Source: Eledone cirrhosa
Lineage: Eukaryota
Direction: 5' to 3'
Assembly: GCA_964016885.1 (NCBI GenBank)
Contig: OZ024743.1
Span: forward strand, 22,630,001 to 22,694,000
Length of the DNA: 64,000 bases
A program made the translations under genes and the position numbers. Positions 42,890 through 57,689 of this stretch are shown one piece after another; within the stretch, counting starts at the first letter, position 1; each line of letters begins with the position of its first letter. A model generated the notes under the pieces. The model was not told where the DNA came from. It ran no database searches and saw only the letters and a list, made by a program, of their open reading frames with translations.

Positions 42890-45800
42890 ATGACCTCACT
42901 CAGAATAGGCAGCTTAAATGCGCGTGGCTTGGGGTCGTCATGGAAGCAGGGTCACCTGCTCAACGACCTCAGGTCACTAAACATAGATGTAGTGGCCATC
43001 AGCGAGACCAGAATCTCCGAAGCACGGGCCTTCGCACCAATCTTCGGCGGCTACGATGTGTACGCATCTCCCAGCCGTCCTGAATCGGGGAGAGGAGTTG
43101 CTGTGCTTTTTCGGAGAGGTTTGGATCTCGCCATACGGGCCATCTTCCTGGACCCAGAAGGTAAGTTGGTGGTGCTGGACGTGACCAGCGGAGACGGGCA
43201 AGCTTTCAGGCTAGTGGCCGTCTATGCCCCGACAGGAGCAGGGCGGCCTGATTTCTTCCGGCGTCTGGAGACCTTTCTTGGAACGTCCCGCTCTTTAGTG
43301 TTAGTGGGCGACTGGAACGGGATCTTAGATGCACGCTGGGACTGTGTGGGATTAGCGGATAGGGGTGGAGGGTGCAAGAGCCTCACCAACCTGCTCAGGC
43401 GTTTTGAACTGTCTGACAGGTACCGATTGGATTTCCCGAATGTGCCAATGTGGACTTGGACAAATCGCGTAGGGTCATCCAGATCATATCTAGATAGAGT
43501 ATTTTGTAGGGAAATAGATAGGTCTAGCATAGGCTGTCCACAATTCAAGATAGTCAGCTACACGGACCACAAATTCGTGATCTGTGTGCTTGACTTAGAT
43601 AGGCTTCATAGACGAGGACCCGGCTACTGGAAGCTAAACGCGTCCTTACCAGCGCGCAAGGCCTACAGAGACCGGATTAGCGAACTAGTTAAGCGGGCGT
43701 TGACGGGGGCCATCGTCAACAACAAGTGGTGGTTTGCTCTGAAAAGAGGGATTAGAATAGAATCGATTAGGTTTAGTAAGGCTTTAACAATAGAGAAAAA
43801 TAGAGCAGAGGGAGAACTAGTTAGAAAATTAGACGAGGCGCTTAGCAAAGGCATTGCGACCGACGTGCTTGCGGCGAAATTGGCCCTTGACCAATTCTTC
43901 AATGCAAAGCACGAAGGCTGCGTTGTCAGAGCAAGGGTGCGTGCTCTCAGACACGAGGGGACAAAAGCCGTTCAATGGGCCCGAGTGGCGGAGGCGCGTC
44001 GTGGCAACAAAGCCACGATCCGGTCTTTGGTGGACCACGACGGGCGCATGCTACTCGATCCCGGGCAAATGTGTGAAGCTTTTCAGCGACACTTCGCTCA
44101 GTTGTTCGGGGGCGGCGGTGGGCCGGGTCGAGGGATGGACTTTAGTGTCTACCTCGACGGACTGCCGCGGCTCTCGACCACTGAGGCGGAGTGTTGCGAA
44201 AAGCCGATAACAGCCGCTGAAGTAAGGGAGGCAATGACTAGCTGCACAAGGGGTAAATCGCCTGGTTTGGATGGTATGCCCTATGAACTTTACGTACAGA
44301 TGCCAGACTTGTTCGGAGGCCTCTTGGCGGACGTCTACTGCAACTGGCAACAGAACGGAAGAATTCCCAGTTCTGTGAGCCGAGGAGCGGTGGCACTGCT
44401 GAGAAAGGATCCGAACAAGGGGGATAACATAGATAATTTCCGGCCCATAACTCTGCTAAACACAGAGTTCAAGATTTTGGCCAAGGTGCTAGCAAAGAGG
44501 TTGGCGCTTGTCGTTGGTGGTCTGGTGGGAGAGGCGCAGACATGCGCCATTCCCGACAGATCCATCCACGACAACCTCCACCTCATGCGATACATCGTAG
44601 AGAGGGTAGCTAGGGAACCTGGCACGGGTGGGTCCTTGATCAATTTAGATCAGTCGAAAGCTTTCGATAGGGTCGACCATCGTTACCTAGCGGCAGTCCT
44701 GAGGGCGGCTGGCTTTGGGCCCGTCTTCAGAGGCTGGATCGCTGCCATGCACAGCGACATCTGCTCTGTGGTGAGAGTGAACGGTCACCTTTCGGAACCG
44801 TTCAACATCATGCGCTCGGTCCGCCAAGGATGTCCCCTCTCGTCCCTCTTGTACGTATTGACTCTCGAGCCATTACTGCACAAACTGGAGACGTTGAGGG
44901 GCGTCCCGCGCGAACTAGGATGCGGAAGATCCGTGTCAGCATATGCGGACGATGTCACCGTAGTGGTGTCGAAGGCCAAACACATCGAGGCGATCGGCAC
45001 TACACTAAGAGAATACGAAGCGGTGACAGGAACAATGATCAACCAGGAAAAGTCAGTGGGCCTGCAGCTCGGCACCTGGAGAGGCAGGTCCATGGCGTCC
45101 AACAGCGTCGTCGGACGCTGGACGGACGGACCGGTTAAATTGTTAGGGGTCTGGTCCGGACCTCCAGACGGACAAAAACTGGGACGAGGTGACGAGCAGG
45201 GTGGCTTCTCTCACCCAGAAATGGGCGGAGGGGAAGCTATCCCTGAAAGGTCGAGCGGAGGTGGCTAACGCGTACATTGCGTCTGTCATCTGCTACCGCC
45301 TGACCGTCATACCTTGTCCTAAGCCCCGCCTGACTGCGCTGGAGCGTTTGCTCTTTCGCTTTTTGTGGAAGGGACGCGCTCCGATGGTCAGGCGGTCCAT
45401 CTGTTGTCAACACCCGCTACGTGGAGGGCTGGGCATGCCGTGGCTGATGATGCGCAGGCACGCGCTCAGGCTACGACATCTCCACCTCTTCCTCGACGGT
45501 GATCGGGTGTGGTCGCCGTTTGCTAGACACGTATTTCCCCAGCTCGTTTCCTTGACGGAGCTGCAGTCCTGGGTCAAGCGAAGACCGAGAGGGAGCGCCT
45601 GGATACTGAAATGTCTTCAGGCGCTCACAGCCCTCGACCAATCGGGCAATGTGATCGGTGGAAACTCCACCTCGGCGTTCTATAGAGGATTAGTGGAGGA
45701 GAAGAGTGACGACGTACTTGGGGAAACTCTAGGCGTCGACGAAAATCAACTAGCCAATCTCTTCGGAAGAACTTTCGGGCCAAGGCCTATGGACAACTTC

Positions 45801-46304
45801 CAGAAATCTCCTGGCCTGGCAGTGCTACCGAGGAGCCTTGCCAGTTCGGGATAAACTCTACAGGCATGGAGGTGCCGTCAGCCGGGCATGTCCGAGATGC
45901 GCGCAGGGCGACGAAACCGTCCTGCACGCACTCGTCCAGTGTCCGAAAATTGCTGACTTGTGGGTTTATGTCGAACACCTACTGTCGCGTGTAGGACGGA
46001 TCCGGCTATCATCTGAGCCATCGTGAGGATTGCCCCGCCCTCCTCCTTTAGCCGGGAAGGGCAGGCAATTTTTATCTGTCTGGTGGCCATGGCGAAAGAG
46101 ATAGTATGGTGGACACGTTTGAAAGGGCTGAAGACGAGCACTTACCTCTTCGGTGATGCGCTGATTGACTTTTTCAAATTTCATTTGAAAAGGAAAATCA
46201 GAATAGAGAGTGAAGTGCTCTCTTCCCAGCATTTTGTTGAAAGATGGGTGAGAGAAGCAAGAATGGCCCGAGTGAATGGGCCTACTCTGAGTATATATCT
46301 GTAA
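42890..46304 (+). pseudogene. Tx1/L1 ORF2 (APE endonuclease plus reverse transcriptase), frameshifts near 45165, 45810 and 46020
   Basis: SLNARG, ISET, VYAP, GDWN, SYLD, TDH; GPGYWKLN; KSPGLDG, FRPITLLN, DQSKAFDRV, RQGCPLS, YADD; GGLGMP; CPRC...HALVQC. Confidence 0.93.
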
Positions 46305-46576
46305 ATTAAAGGTGGAAAACTGGGAGAGGGCACTTGCCCTGGTGGTCAGGGTCAATGTGGCCTTTTGCTGGGCTTTCTCCACAAATGTCCCTCCGAAGTC
46401 TCCCCCTATTGGGGAATTTTTCATTGTTATTTTTTGTTACATCCTGTGTTTTTGTTTTTTACACGCAGAAATGCCCATTTGTACCGTCCTGTATTGTCCT
46501 GCACTGTCCTTAATGTCTACTTTATGTAAACCCTTGTGGTTAATAACGAAATCATTATTATTATTATTATTATTAT

Positions 46577-46607
<31 letters not shown>

Positions 46608-47030
46608 TGTATATGTGTCTGTGTGTCTGTGTGTCAGCGTGTGAGTCTCTCTCTGTGAGTGTGCGTCTCTGGGTCTTTGTGCAAAACAGCTAAACCCAGA
46701 ATTAGAAACACTATCAGTTACATTTAGTAACTGTGTGGGCCTTTAATTATAAATAATCATGTTTTGCGTTGCGTTCGTGTTACAAATCTAGGCCGTGTAA
46801 CATTGCCAAGATGTGTTTACCGACAAAAAGTATGCGTGTGGGTGGTTCCAATACAGGTAAGCAAGTAGTCACACAGTCACATGTTGTGTTTCAATTGATA
46901 TAGGTATATGGTTATGTGCTTATGAGTATGTATATGAACCTATCTGTATCATCATATAAATAAGTGTAAGATGTATTAATTATGTAACGTGACCCTTTAT
47001 GGAGGTATACTTTTGAATTTACAAAACATA

Positions 47031-47101
<71 letters not shown>

Positions 47102-47177
47102 TTTATCCCGGGTTCAATCGACGGTAACCACAGTAAATAAGATACTCAATACAAAGCAGAGTACACATATTTAATAT

Positions 47178-47285
47178 AAAAAAAGACTTCTATAGGACTA
47201 GAACTGTTTCATTGGTGAGAAATCCTCACGAAGCCCTGATGATTTCTCCCGAATGAAACAGTTCTAGTCCTGTAGAAGCCTTTTA
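47178..47285. repeat. Short fold-back with hammerhead-like remnants
   Basis: CTTCTATAGGACTAGAACTGTTTCATT / AATGAAACAGTTCTAGTCCTGTAGAAG with CTGATGA..GAAAC inside; related copy near 62900-62950. Confidence 0.65.
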
Positions 47286-47339
47286 TATTATATATATATG
47301 TGATCTGTGTGTGTCTGTGTGTGTGTGTGTGTGTGTGTG

Positions 47340-47418
<79 letters not shown>

Positions 47419-48319
47419 AGTGAGGTTTTTTTACAAAATGAAAAAAAAAACGAGGTGTCCTACACGAGTGAAAGTATAAGGAAAAAAGATGAAATCGAAA
47501 ATGCAACTGGAGTCCTTTTTTAAAAATATATATTTATTTGGTTCCTTTACCGGTTTCGCAGTCCTGCTTTTCAAAAGCAGAATTGAGATGGAGGGTTTGT
47601 GGTTTTTCTCACATCTGTGAGAAAAACCACAAACCCTCCATTCGAAATTGCACGCCACCAAAGTGGCTGACGAAGTAAAGATGCTGCTGTTTGTTCGTCA
47701 TATGTAAGTGTATATATTTTCTGCTGATACTAAATTTATAGTTTATTTCAACCTAACATTTCTTTTTTTAATTTCTCTTACCTTGTTAAAATATCTACTC
47801 TACATTTTCCTATTTCGGAACGTCGTGCAGTGTAACATTTGACATAACCATTGTAATCCAACCAAGAATTTAACAATAAGAAACCAATGCAATCCACTCG
47901 TGGTAAGGTAGGGATATTTCAAGAAAAGAAATAAAGAATGATATAATGGCGTTGGAGTAGAGCAGTTGACATGTAGTATTCTCAACTAGAATATTGTCAT
48001 TTCAGAAAATGATAAAATGGAACAATTGTAATGTTGTGTTCTCCAAAATAGAACATTGAGATCTTTTTTATTCAATATATCTTCATTGCTTCCTTTCTCT
48101 TTTATGTTCACTCTCTTTCTGTTTCTTTTATACAGACGTACACAACTTGTCTCTCTTATCTTTATGTATTTGTATGTATACATGCGTATACATTTCTATA
48201 TACACACAATATGTTAGTAATTGCTTGTATGAAACCACCTGACGACTTCATAATAAGATGTCCTCATCCATACCTGCTATCAGGAACCCGCCTCTGTTTC
48301 TCCTCTGTTCGGAGAGGTG

Positions 48320-48620
48320 CATTTTAGCGAGGTGGAGAGAATACTTTGCTGATCTCCTAATCCCGATCACAACAGCATCTTCTGGTGTACTGCGAAGACT
48401 AAGAGATTCGTCTTCTCACAGAAGCCTGCACTGAGCATTCTACATAGTAGGTGGAAAAGTTCAAGTATCTCGGGAAATTGTTCACAATTTATGGAAGACA
48501 GGAGACTGAATAAAGTGCAAGAATTGCAGGAGCTGGGGAAGTAATGCACCAGCTTCAGCATTCGGTAATCAGAAGAAGGGAGGTTGTTGTAAAAGCCAAG
48601 CACGCGATTTTCAATTCGGT
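48320..48620 (+). pseudogene. Decayed RTE-clade (Expander/Rex3-like) LINE fragment
   Basis: ILARWREYFADLL and VEKFKYLGKLFTIYGRQETE*SARIAGAGEVMHQLQHSVIRRREV..KAK. Confidence 0.7.
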
Positions 48621-49137
48621 GAGAGAGGGGGGGGGGGGGCTCAGATGTCAGACCGGCCGACAACAAACGAAAAAAAGCGTAGAAAAGTTTTAGTTATTTA
48701 GTTAGAGAGAGGGGAGGTGGATTGAGTGAGAGCCGAAGTAATATTTCACTTTCTATCTATAGATAGCATGAGAGACGAATAGACAGTATCACTGTTCTAG
48801 AAAAAGCAGTATATTTTCGCCCAACTCGCCCACCCTGTTCAAATTTCGGAAAATAAGTTGACAGCGAGCTTGATGGACGTCGGATTAGTTGAAAACAGGA
48901 AAAACCTTAATCATTATCAATTTTATTTAGTGTTATTAGCGGTCAACGTACAAACAAACTTTCATTTTATATATATATATGGGATAACAAGTTATCGTTA
49001 TAGGTAATCCAGTTATAGGTAATCCGGTCAGAGTACTCTGCGTCGTGGATAGTTTTAAGGTACGGCTCTGTTTAACTCAACAAGATGTTTTCATTGTTAT
49101 GCAGCGAGTTCGCGGTAATTTCTATGCAGAAGTAATA

Positions 49138-49388
49138 ATAGTTAAAGAAAGAAGAGTAACATGGTTGGCTATACAATAAGGGCTTTATTTAAAGTACTGA
49201 CAATTGTTTTGTTGATCTACGTGCTCTGATGTGTTGACCAGTTGTAAACAATGTATTGGAGATCGATTGACACAACCTCAAGTGATTAGCGAACTCTAGA
49301 CACACCTGATCAACGAAACAATTGTCAGTACTTTAAATAGAGCCCTTATTGTACAGCCAACCATGTTACTCTTTTTTCTTTAACTATA
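49138..49388 (+). repeat. Fold-back element (~80-bp arms) containing a hammerhead (49221-49331) with one core substitution
   Basis: Arms 49138-49218 / 49308-49388; GTGCT-CTGATGt-GTTGA...TCAAC-GAAA-CAATTG-TC-AGTAC. Confidence 0.75.
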
Positions 49389-50193
49389 TATATATATATA
49401 TATATATCCATTTGGAGGGTTTTTTAAAATCCCAACTAATAGACTAATTCTATGTAGTCAAATACGGCGTAAGCACATGTTACCACCTAATTTTCAAATT
49501 CGCTAGCCTTTTGTAAACAAGACGTCTCGAACTATCAACCAATCGACGGGCCGCGCAAACAGGATGATGGCAGATATGATAGAAATTCGAAGGGTCGAAG
49601 CCCAGCAGAAAGAGGATTTGCTTCGAAATCACTAGAAGTATCTTAGGAACTTGCGAATTCAGAGTCAGGTTCGATCCACAAACAGATACCGATTGTCGCC
49701 ACTATAGAAAGCTTTCGATTGAACTAAACAGATAATTTTTTCTGACGAATTTTTCTAAAGAACACTCTCTTCTACTCTAAACACTTTCCAACTAATTATT
49801 ATCAACAATACAATCTTAGAACAGCCATTCCTTTCTCACTGAACTCCTGCTGCTTAGATGATATACCACTTTGATAAGTAATTCAAGATTATTCTAAACC
49901 CAAGTAAATTACATTCAGTGGTATCTTTAGACTAGATAATCTTCTGACTGAAGAATATTTTTCACTAATTTTCTTTTTCAATGTTTTTATTATTTTTTTG
50001 TTGATTATTTCTATTCAGTTTGAAAAGGCCATTATATTCTCATTTGAAATATAACTAGGTAAAATATGCAATAAAACAGATAAACACGAACGATAAATAT
50101 ATATTTTGCCAATGTTTGCTATCAATGATTTCGTATTTGGGTGAAGTAAGTCAAGAAAAAATTATTCTCTCCTCTTTCATCTATTCCCCCTCT

Positions 50194-50558
<365 letters not shown>

Positions 50559-50622
50559 ATCTTCTATACACAATCATACACACCCGTGTATATTTATCTA
50601 TCTATCTATCTATATCTCTCTT

Positions 50623-50669
<47 letters not shown>

Positions 50670-50899
50670 ATGTGTGTGTGTGTATGTGTGTGTGTGTGTG
50701 CGTGTGTGTATGTGCGTGGTGGATACTTTTAGATATGTCCTATTAAAAACTCGACTATGTTCGAAATATAACGTTTGTATGAGATTCTTTACATATATAC
50801 TTAAGAGCCTTTACAACTCAGTGTTTCTGAACTTTAACACTTTCATCATTGGGATGATGTAGTTGACTTTTCTTATTGCCTCTTTTGTTGACGGGAAGT

Positions 50900-51010
50900 G
50901 TACATTATAAAATTTCATAAAGTATTCATTCCTGGTCCTCGACTTATTTATGGGTCCATCATATCTAATATTTTCATCCTGTACCAGATACTTGTAGCAG
51001 TCACCTGTAT
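50900..51010 (-). pseudogene. Old R4/Dong-like RT fragment
   Basis: GDCYKYLVQDENIRYDGPI matches GDNYRYLGQDENVRYDGPI at about 12330-12390. Confidence 0.7.
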
Positions 51011-51611
51011 CTATGAATGTAGTTTACAGTGCTAACTTATTAGACTTTGTCTCAATCTACAAGACTACGTTTTAGTTAGTCGCTATGGCACATTGTTTTC
51101 ATTAGTAAACTTGTTCATCTCTACTTTTATTTACTTATTTGTCCCAAATTATTACAATGTTCATCTAATACCAGGCCTAAAAGTCTGCTGAATGGAAGCT
51201 TGTCAGTGAAATACCGAAAAGAAAACATTTTCCATTAGGTGTACTAGCAGAAAACGGGTGGTTTTCTGCTAGCATGTGTAGTATTGATATTATACGCAGG
51301 TATATATACATGTAGATATGATCAAATGAAATCGTAATTGACAATATACACAGAAATTGAACGAAGACTGTGTTACACTGTCTTATGTAATCAGGAACGT
51401 AATCCATGATAAATTCAAAAAAGACGATATTATATATAAACTGCATTAGGAGAAAATTAGTGACAGAAATATATGAATATTTATTTAAGCGATCGCTAAC
51501 CGGAAGTGTTAACATTTGAACATTTTAAAGAAGTGAATCTTTAAATAAGTAATAAAATATATTTAATGGACAGCCACGAAATTTCGTAGATAAATATTCA
51601 TTCATTATTTA

Positions 51612-51780
51612 TATTGGCAGTATCGGTAGAGGGTCGGACGCCATGCTTTGACGCATAGAGTTACGGCTCTTGCCATTCTGAGTTCAAATCCCGCCGAGGT
51701 TAACTTTGCCTTTCATCCTTACGGGGTCGATAAAATAAAGTACCAGTAATGCCTTGTGCCAAAAGTAGAAACAATTATTT
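51612..51780 (+). mobile_element. tRNA-derived SINE
   Basis: Same family as 5313. Confidence 0.85.
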
Positions 51781-52044
51781 ATTCAAAGTAATCCAACTTA
51801 TTTTACTAATGGGATAAACAATTATAAACCGTACGCAGTCCCGCGCTTCTTACTTTATTATAGTTTAAATTTTAAAAAAATGAGAATTTAAATAGAATAA
51901 CATAGATCAAACAGACGCCACTTTAGAGGTGTATTAATTTGTATCTGTTAAATGGAATATCGTTCATTGTTTAACTTTTCATTTTATATTATATTTAGGA
52001 TTAACATTAACACTAACTAACACAGCTGTATATGTTTACATTTA

Positions 52045-52557
52045 ATTGTTTCTACTGTTGGTACAAGGCCAGCAATTAAATCAGTGCATTACTGGTACTT
52101 TATTTTATCGACCCCGAAAAGATGAAAGGCAAAGCGGGATTTTATAATGGCTTCTAATTTGGACACAGATTTCAACAATCTTAGAGGAAGGGTAAGTCGA
52201 TTAAATCGACCCCTGGGCTTAACAGGTACTTATTTTAATCGAAATAGCAGATTTGGCTTCGATGGAATTTGAACTTAGAACATAAATAAAGGCAACAAAC
52301 ATTTTGTTCGATATTCTAACGATTCTGCCAACATACCGCCCATATTTCTGATTTAGACACATGGCTAACAATTTTAGGGGAGGGGAAAGTCGATTGAATC
52401 GACCTCAGTGCATTACTGGTGCTTTATTTTATCGATGCCGCAAGGATGAAAGGCAAAGCTAACTTCGGCGGGAAAGAACACAGAACGTGAAGGACCATAA
52501 CTCTATGCTGCAAACCATGGTGTCTGAGGCTCTACCGATTCTGCCAATCCACCGGCC
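52045..52557 (-). mobile_element. Cluster of about three SINE copies or fragments
   Basis: Repeated TTTATTTTATCGA..CCG.AA.GATGAAAGGCAAAG; head at 52530-52557. Confidence 0.8.
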
Positions 52558-53775
52558 TACATATCTTTACTTATAATAAATATACATCTAGTCTCACTGT
52601 AAATATTTAAGTAGACAACAAGTCGTATATAATTTCAGATAGGCCTTTATTCTACATCACGCTGTATTAGTATTACAGGTAATTAAATCTCGACGGTCCA
52701 GCTTGCTCTAAATGTAAATAAGCCATCATCACGAATAGTTTGTTTACTAAGTTCTATAACGAAGTATTGTCATCTATACCTCAGCACTCAGGAGTATGCG
52801 AGCATTGGCTCACGATATTTAAAAACTTTGAAATTCATCCGCCGATCCTACTGTGGTTGTTTGAGAAGATGTGATGTATTTACAGCTTATACAATTTATA
52901 AGAGAGAAAGTGTCTTTGCCACTACCATGAAAAGATTACATGTTTTCTAAATTGGACATAGTGCAAGGGTGTAAATGTAATGAGAACTGCTGAAATATGA
53001 TAATGAACGTGTTAAGCTTCTATGAGCAATATAATTGACACAGCAGGGTTAGTTGTATATAAACATATTGTACATGGGTTCATATAAGCTTTTATTTCAT
53101 ATTGAGAGTAATGTAGTAACCTAAAGAAATTACGTCTCCATGAAATAGACAGTGGTTACATAAAGATTTATCTTAAGCGACGAGGTTGAGTGATTAGTAT
53201 TAACAAGGTTGAATGAATTTTATTGCTTGCGTTTTATTTTACTGGGTTGAAAAACGTAACAGATTAAACAATAAATATGAGAAATAATATCAAATAAAAA
53301 TTTAATACGAGAGGCGTGTGTGGATGTATGTGTGGGTATACATGTACATATGTGTGTATGTAGCTATACGTGTGTGTGTGATTGCAGTTACAGTGAGAGT
53401 AGTAGTTGTAGTGCAGTAGTGTGGTAAGAAGATATTCAACGTACATTCTGGAGATAATATATTGAGCAGACAACAAAGTAGAAACATAGTTAGAAATTTA
53501 AATAAATTATTATAAAAAATAACTATTTGAATATCAAGACTAATTAAATAGATAATAGTTTTATAGAAGAGCGCACACGTACATGATGATACCCATACGT
53601 ATATATATATATGACAAAATGTGGTCCGAAAGCATTTCATGTGTCCGAAGAACCCGCAGTTATATAATCAGGCAGATACACACAATGATCATGTCTCGAG
53701 CTATCTGCCGGCGAAACAATTGTAACACGCAATAAACTGAGTCTAGATGCATCACTGATTTTTCGTTTTTTATAT

Positions 53776-53853
<78 letters not shown>

Positions 53854-54854
53854 ATATAAGGCCATTGGCCCTTAACTCCTGATGAACTCAAAGGTCGCCG
53901 TCTTTACTGAGAACGTGTCTTGAGCTTTCTACTTATAGCGAAGCCCATCCTACACCAGGTCTGAACACAGCCAAGCTCTTTAAGAGTGTGAGAGAGCGTG
54001 AGTGAAAGAGAAAGAGAGATGATCCTAATAGTTGACTGATACATTTTTGGAGAAGAAAGTGCGTCTTATAAGCCGTTAAGTATGGTATTTATCGACCTCG
54101 AAATGATGAAAGGCATTGTTGACTTAAGCAGGATTTGATGTTTTCACAACTCTTCCAATTCGCCGCCTAATCTATTTCCAATAGCATCACCCTAAAATAC
54201 TCATTGTTTTTCCGTTTCATGTACAAATAATATTGAGGTGTTAAGAGGGTTAAAACAGCAATGAAGTTAAAGGAATGACAAAGAAATATGTATACAGAGG
54301 TAATAAACCTGCCTTACAGAAGTAAAACTATTCAAGTTTAACGATTTAACATACAACCAAGACAAATATTTAGGTACATATTACATGACACAATGTCTAA
54401 GACATTTAAGTACCACTCTAGACACTAATAAACATTCATTGTGCTCGTTTGTGAAACAGAAATTTGCGTTGTGTTGCAAATTAATCGACATTCCTGTATT
54501 TACATGCTCGAGCATTTTACTGCTAATTTAGCAGATCAGTTTACTACAGAAATATTCAGGTCGCAATGTATTTTGGTACACTAAAAACAAATAATTTTGA
54601 GAAATTTTCAGATAATTAACCTGAAATTATAAGAACTGCCAACCTCTAAAAACCTAAACGGGGAATACCATGAACTAAGTGCCCCCAAGTGGAAAGAAAT
54701 GAGGTAAAATTGGGAGAATATATGTAATGAAAGCTATACCCATTTTCACAAGAGAAGACATTTCCCACCCAAATTGTTGGCCTTGTGCCTAAATCAGAAA
54801 TCGTTATATTTAGTAACAAATAAATATTGATTCATTAGATTTATGCTTTCCAGC

Positions 54855-54993
54855 ATAGTTACGTCCCTTTACGGTCTGAGTTCAAATCCCGCCGAAGTTA
54901 ACTTTGCCTTTCATCCTTACGGGGTCGATAAAATAAAGTACCAGTAATGCACTGGGATAATTGCTGGCCTCGTACCAAAAGTGGAAACAATTA
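54855..54993 (+). mobile_element. 5'-truncated SINE
   Basis: B box plus central domain plus 3' end. Confidence 0.85.
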
Positions 54994-57582
54994 TATTTAA
55001 TAAAAGAAATGTATCGAAATGTGTAATCTGCTTCTCGGTACAAATGTTTGTTTGTTGTAACGAAACAGTGGTTCTTTTGAAATAACATTTTCGAACATAA
55101 TTTGTGGGAAATGAAGTTTTTTTTTTGTTTTTATTTACTGAAGTTAGTTCATTTCTTTTGGCGATTCTAATATTAATATATTATATAGCGGCTGTCTTTT
55201 TGATGGAATCTACTTTTTATATTAGCTAAGAGAGCACGAGAACATAAATCTGATATACTCATATCCCCAACTTAAATATATGTGTGTGTGTGTGTGTGTG
55301 TGCGTGTGTGCGCATGTGTGTGTGTGTGTGTGTGTATGTGTGTGTGTGTACGCGTGTGTGTGCGCGTACACGTGTGCAAACAGGGATATGTGTATGTGTG
55401 CGTAGGTAAAGAAAATGTAGCGTATTCACTAAATGTCAATATCCAAAACTAAGTCATATGAACTCCATAGCATCTAATGATATTCTTAGTGTTCTTATTC
55501 GAAAAAAGAAGGTGAAACATGGCTTAACAATTTTTATATCAACATAAAGGTTAAATGTATATACATTAAACAGATATCTATAAGCATTACGTATCACAGA
55601 GGTCGTAACGATAGCCTATCCTAAAATCAGTTCGTATCTTGTTAGCAGCCCCTGTTTGTTCACTTGCACATGTATATTAGCCCTTAAAGGTCTTAATACA
55701 CTTAGCTATATATATTGGTACATTTATGGATTGCAACGCATCGCTGCGGGTGGTGAGCACACGATAAAATTGGCAAGCAGTTTGTTAGTGTTATAATATA
55801 AATCTAGTTATCACCTGAGTAGTCAGCGTCAGCGTGGTAATAGAATATTCAAGTAGAGTTACAAGAAATAAAAAGGAAAACTAATGAACAATGGCACAAA
55901 GTATATAATTACTCTGAGAGGAAAGAACGGGGTATCATTCAACATTTCGAAGATTGGTTTTTCATCAAGGACGGGGGAAAATTATAGAAAAGAATGTTAA
56001 GAGAGAAAACTGCGTTTTTTTATAGTAAAAGCAGAATGGTAAATGTAAGAACAGAAGAAGGTAGGATGAAAGTGTGTAGAAGAGTGTGGTTGAGTTGTAG
56101 CAAAAGGAAGAAAATATTGGATAAACGGGAAACGAGCAAAGAAATGTTTAAGGTAGCATGGGAACATGGCATGTATGTGTGTGTATGCAAAGAAGTGTAT
56201 GTGAGCGTGTTAAGCATGTGTGTTGTGCAGTTTTGCTTCTTATAGCGAGGGAAGGGAAATATTTCTTTTTCGTGCTTTGTATGAGTGGTGTGAACAAAGT
56301 GTAATAGTATGTGTATTTAGTATTTTGGTAGTGCATGTGGAGGTAGGGTGTGAAATGCACATGAAGACCTCTATCAGCTGTGGGTGGCTAAGGAAGAAAG
56401 CAATGTTTCGCGAGGATGGGAACTTGTTTATTTATTGCAGATGGGTGTGTTGTTTTAAACTGCAAGATTAATTGATATTCTCGGAGCAAGTGTGAAACGG
56501 GAGATCCATGGAGTAGAACGATACCGCAACCATTGAGATGAAATGTTGCCTTCAAGAATTGAAATAATGAGTTGCATACTTGAGTGATCTGGTACTATTG
56601 GATGTGCAGCAGGTGTTATCTAAAACACGAACAGTTAAACTCATTATTGCTCTCCATTCCCCCGCCTTCTATTCCCCATACTCCTTTCATTATTAAAAAC
56701 CTTGATATTTCAATTCACAAACTTTTCTTTCCTTTCTACTTTTCTCTTTTTGACAAAGAATCACTCTCCAAAACGTCAATCTTTTCTCCGTCCTTTTCTT
56801 GATAGCATATTATTGCATATATCAGTGATGCTGTATACAATATTTCTTTAACTTTGTACACGCGTAGAAAAAAAAAACCCTTGTCATATAAAAGATAATA
56901 CATTGTCGTCCAGAGTAAACATAATGTTATGAAAGAGTGACACCACGAATGAAACTAACACGTGTATGTGACCATGGCTAATAACCACGACAACGATAAA
57001 TACAAACAGGTAGGATACTAAGCTGGAACATCTCGAATAGATAAGAATCAATAGAAACCGATAAAAAATCTTCGATAGGTTTTTGAGACTTCGGCAAGGT
57101 GCACCACGAGTTCTACAATTCATATGCAAATCGTAAGGGCACCTAGCTATGGAACGGGAAATCCTTCCCTCAGATGGTGTTCCTTTGTTCGTTCAATATT
57201 ATCCGACGTAGTTCAGTCTGGACGAGACATGAAAGCATTCGACCGTAGTAGCAAATTCTCCTGTGTTATCACGTGACATCTCTCGAAAGAGGAAGGTCAC
57301 CTGACCGAAATTTAGGCGGGTAAATTCAGGTGAACAAAGATTTTCACAGCCTCAAAAAGTGTTTCGACTAGCGGTTATAAACCCCAAAATAACTAATACG
57401 TTATTAATAAATTTCATGAAATTAAATAGGTATAAATTTGTAGTCGCATTAGAGCAGATATCAATAGAATTGCTTGAGGCAGTCACAAAGCACCCAATGG
57501 TGTGAAAAGTTAATACAATTTTGTCCAGAATAAAAACAAAGTTAAGAGTGAAACCATGAATAAAATTACCATACATACACGC

Positions 57583-57669
<87 letters not shown>

Positions 57670-57689
57670 CAATATTGCCCAAATGGTTT

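Larger units (their letters stand above)
40571..46553 (+). mobile_element. Near full-length Tx1/L1-clade LINE (~6 kb)
   Basis: ORF1 with a CCHC knuckle, ORF2 with APE, RT and a C-terminal Zn finger, 3'UTR; (ATT)n on both sides. Confidence 0.93.

Noticed and set aside
42977-45138. Antisense and alternative-frame ORFs inside the LINE ORF2
   Set aside because: Shadows of GC-rich coding sequence.
47670-47900. Possible first exons (GTAAGT donor on plus, GTAAGA on minus)
   Set aside because: Donor-like motifs alone, with no linked reading frame.
53876-53925. Hammerhead-like CTGATGA...GAAC..GTC
   Set aside because: GAAA core and stem I are incomplete; at best a relic.
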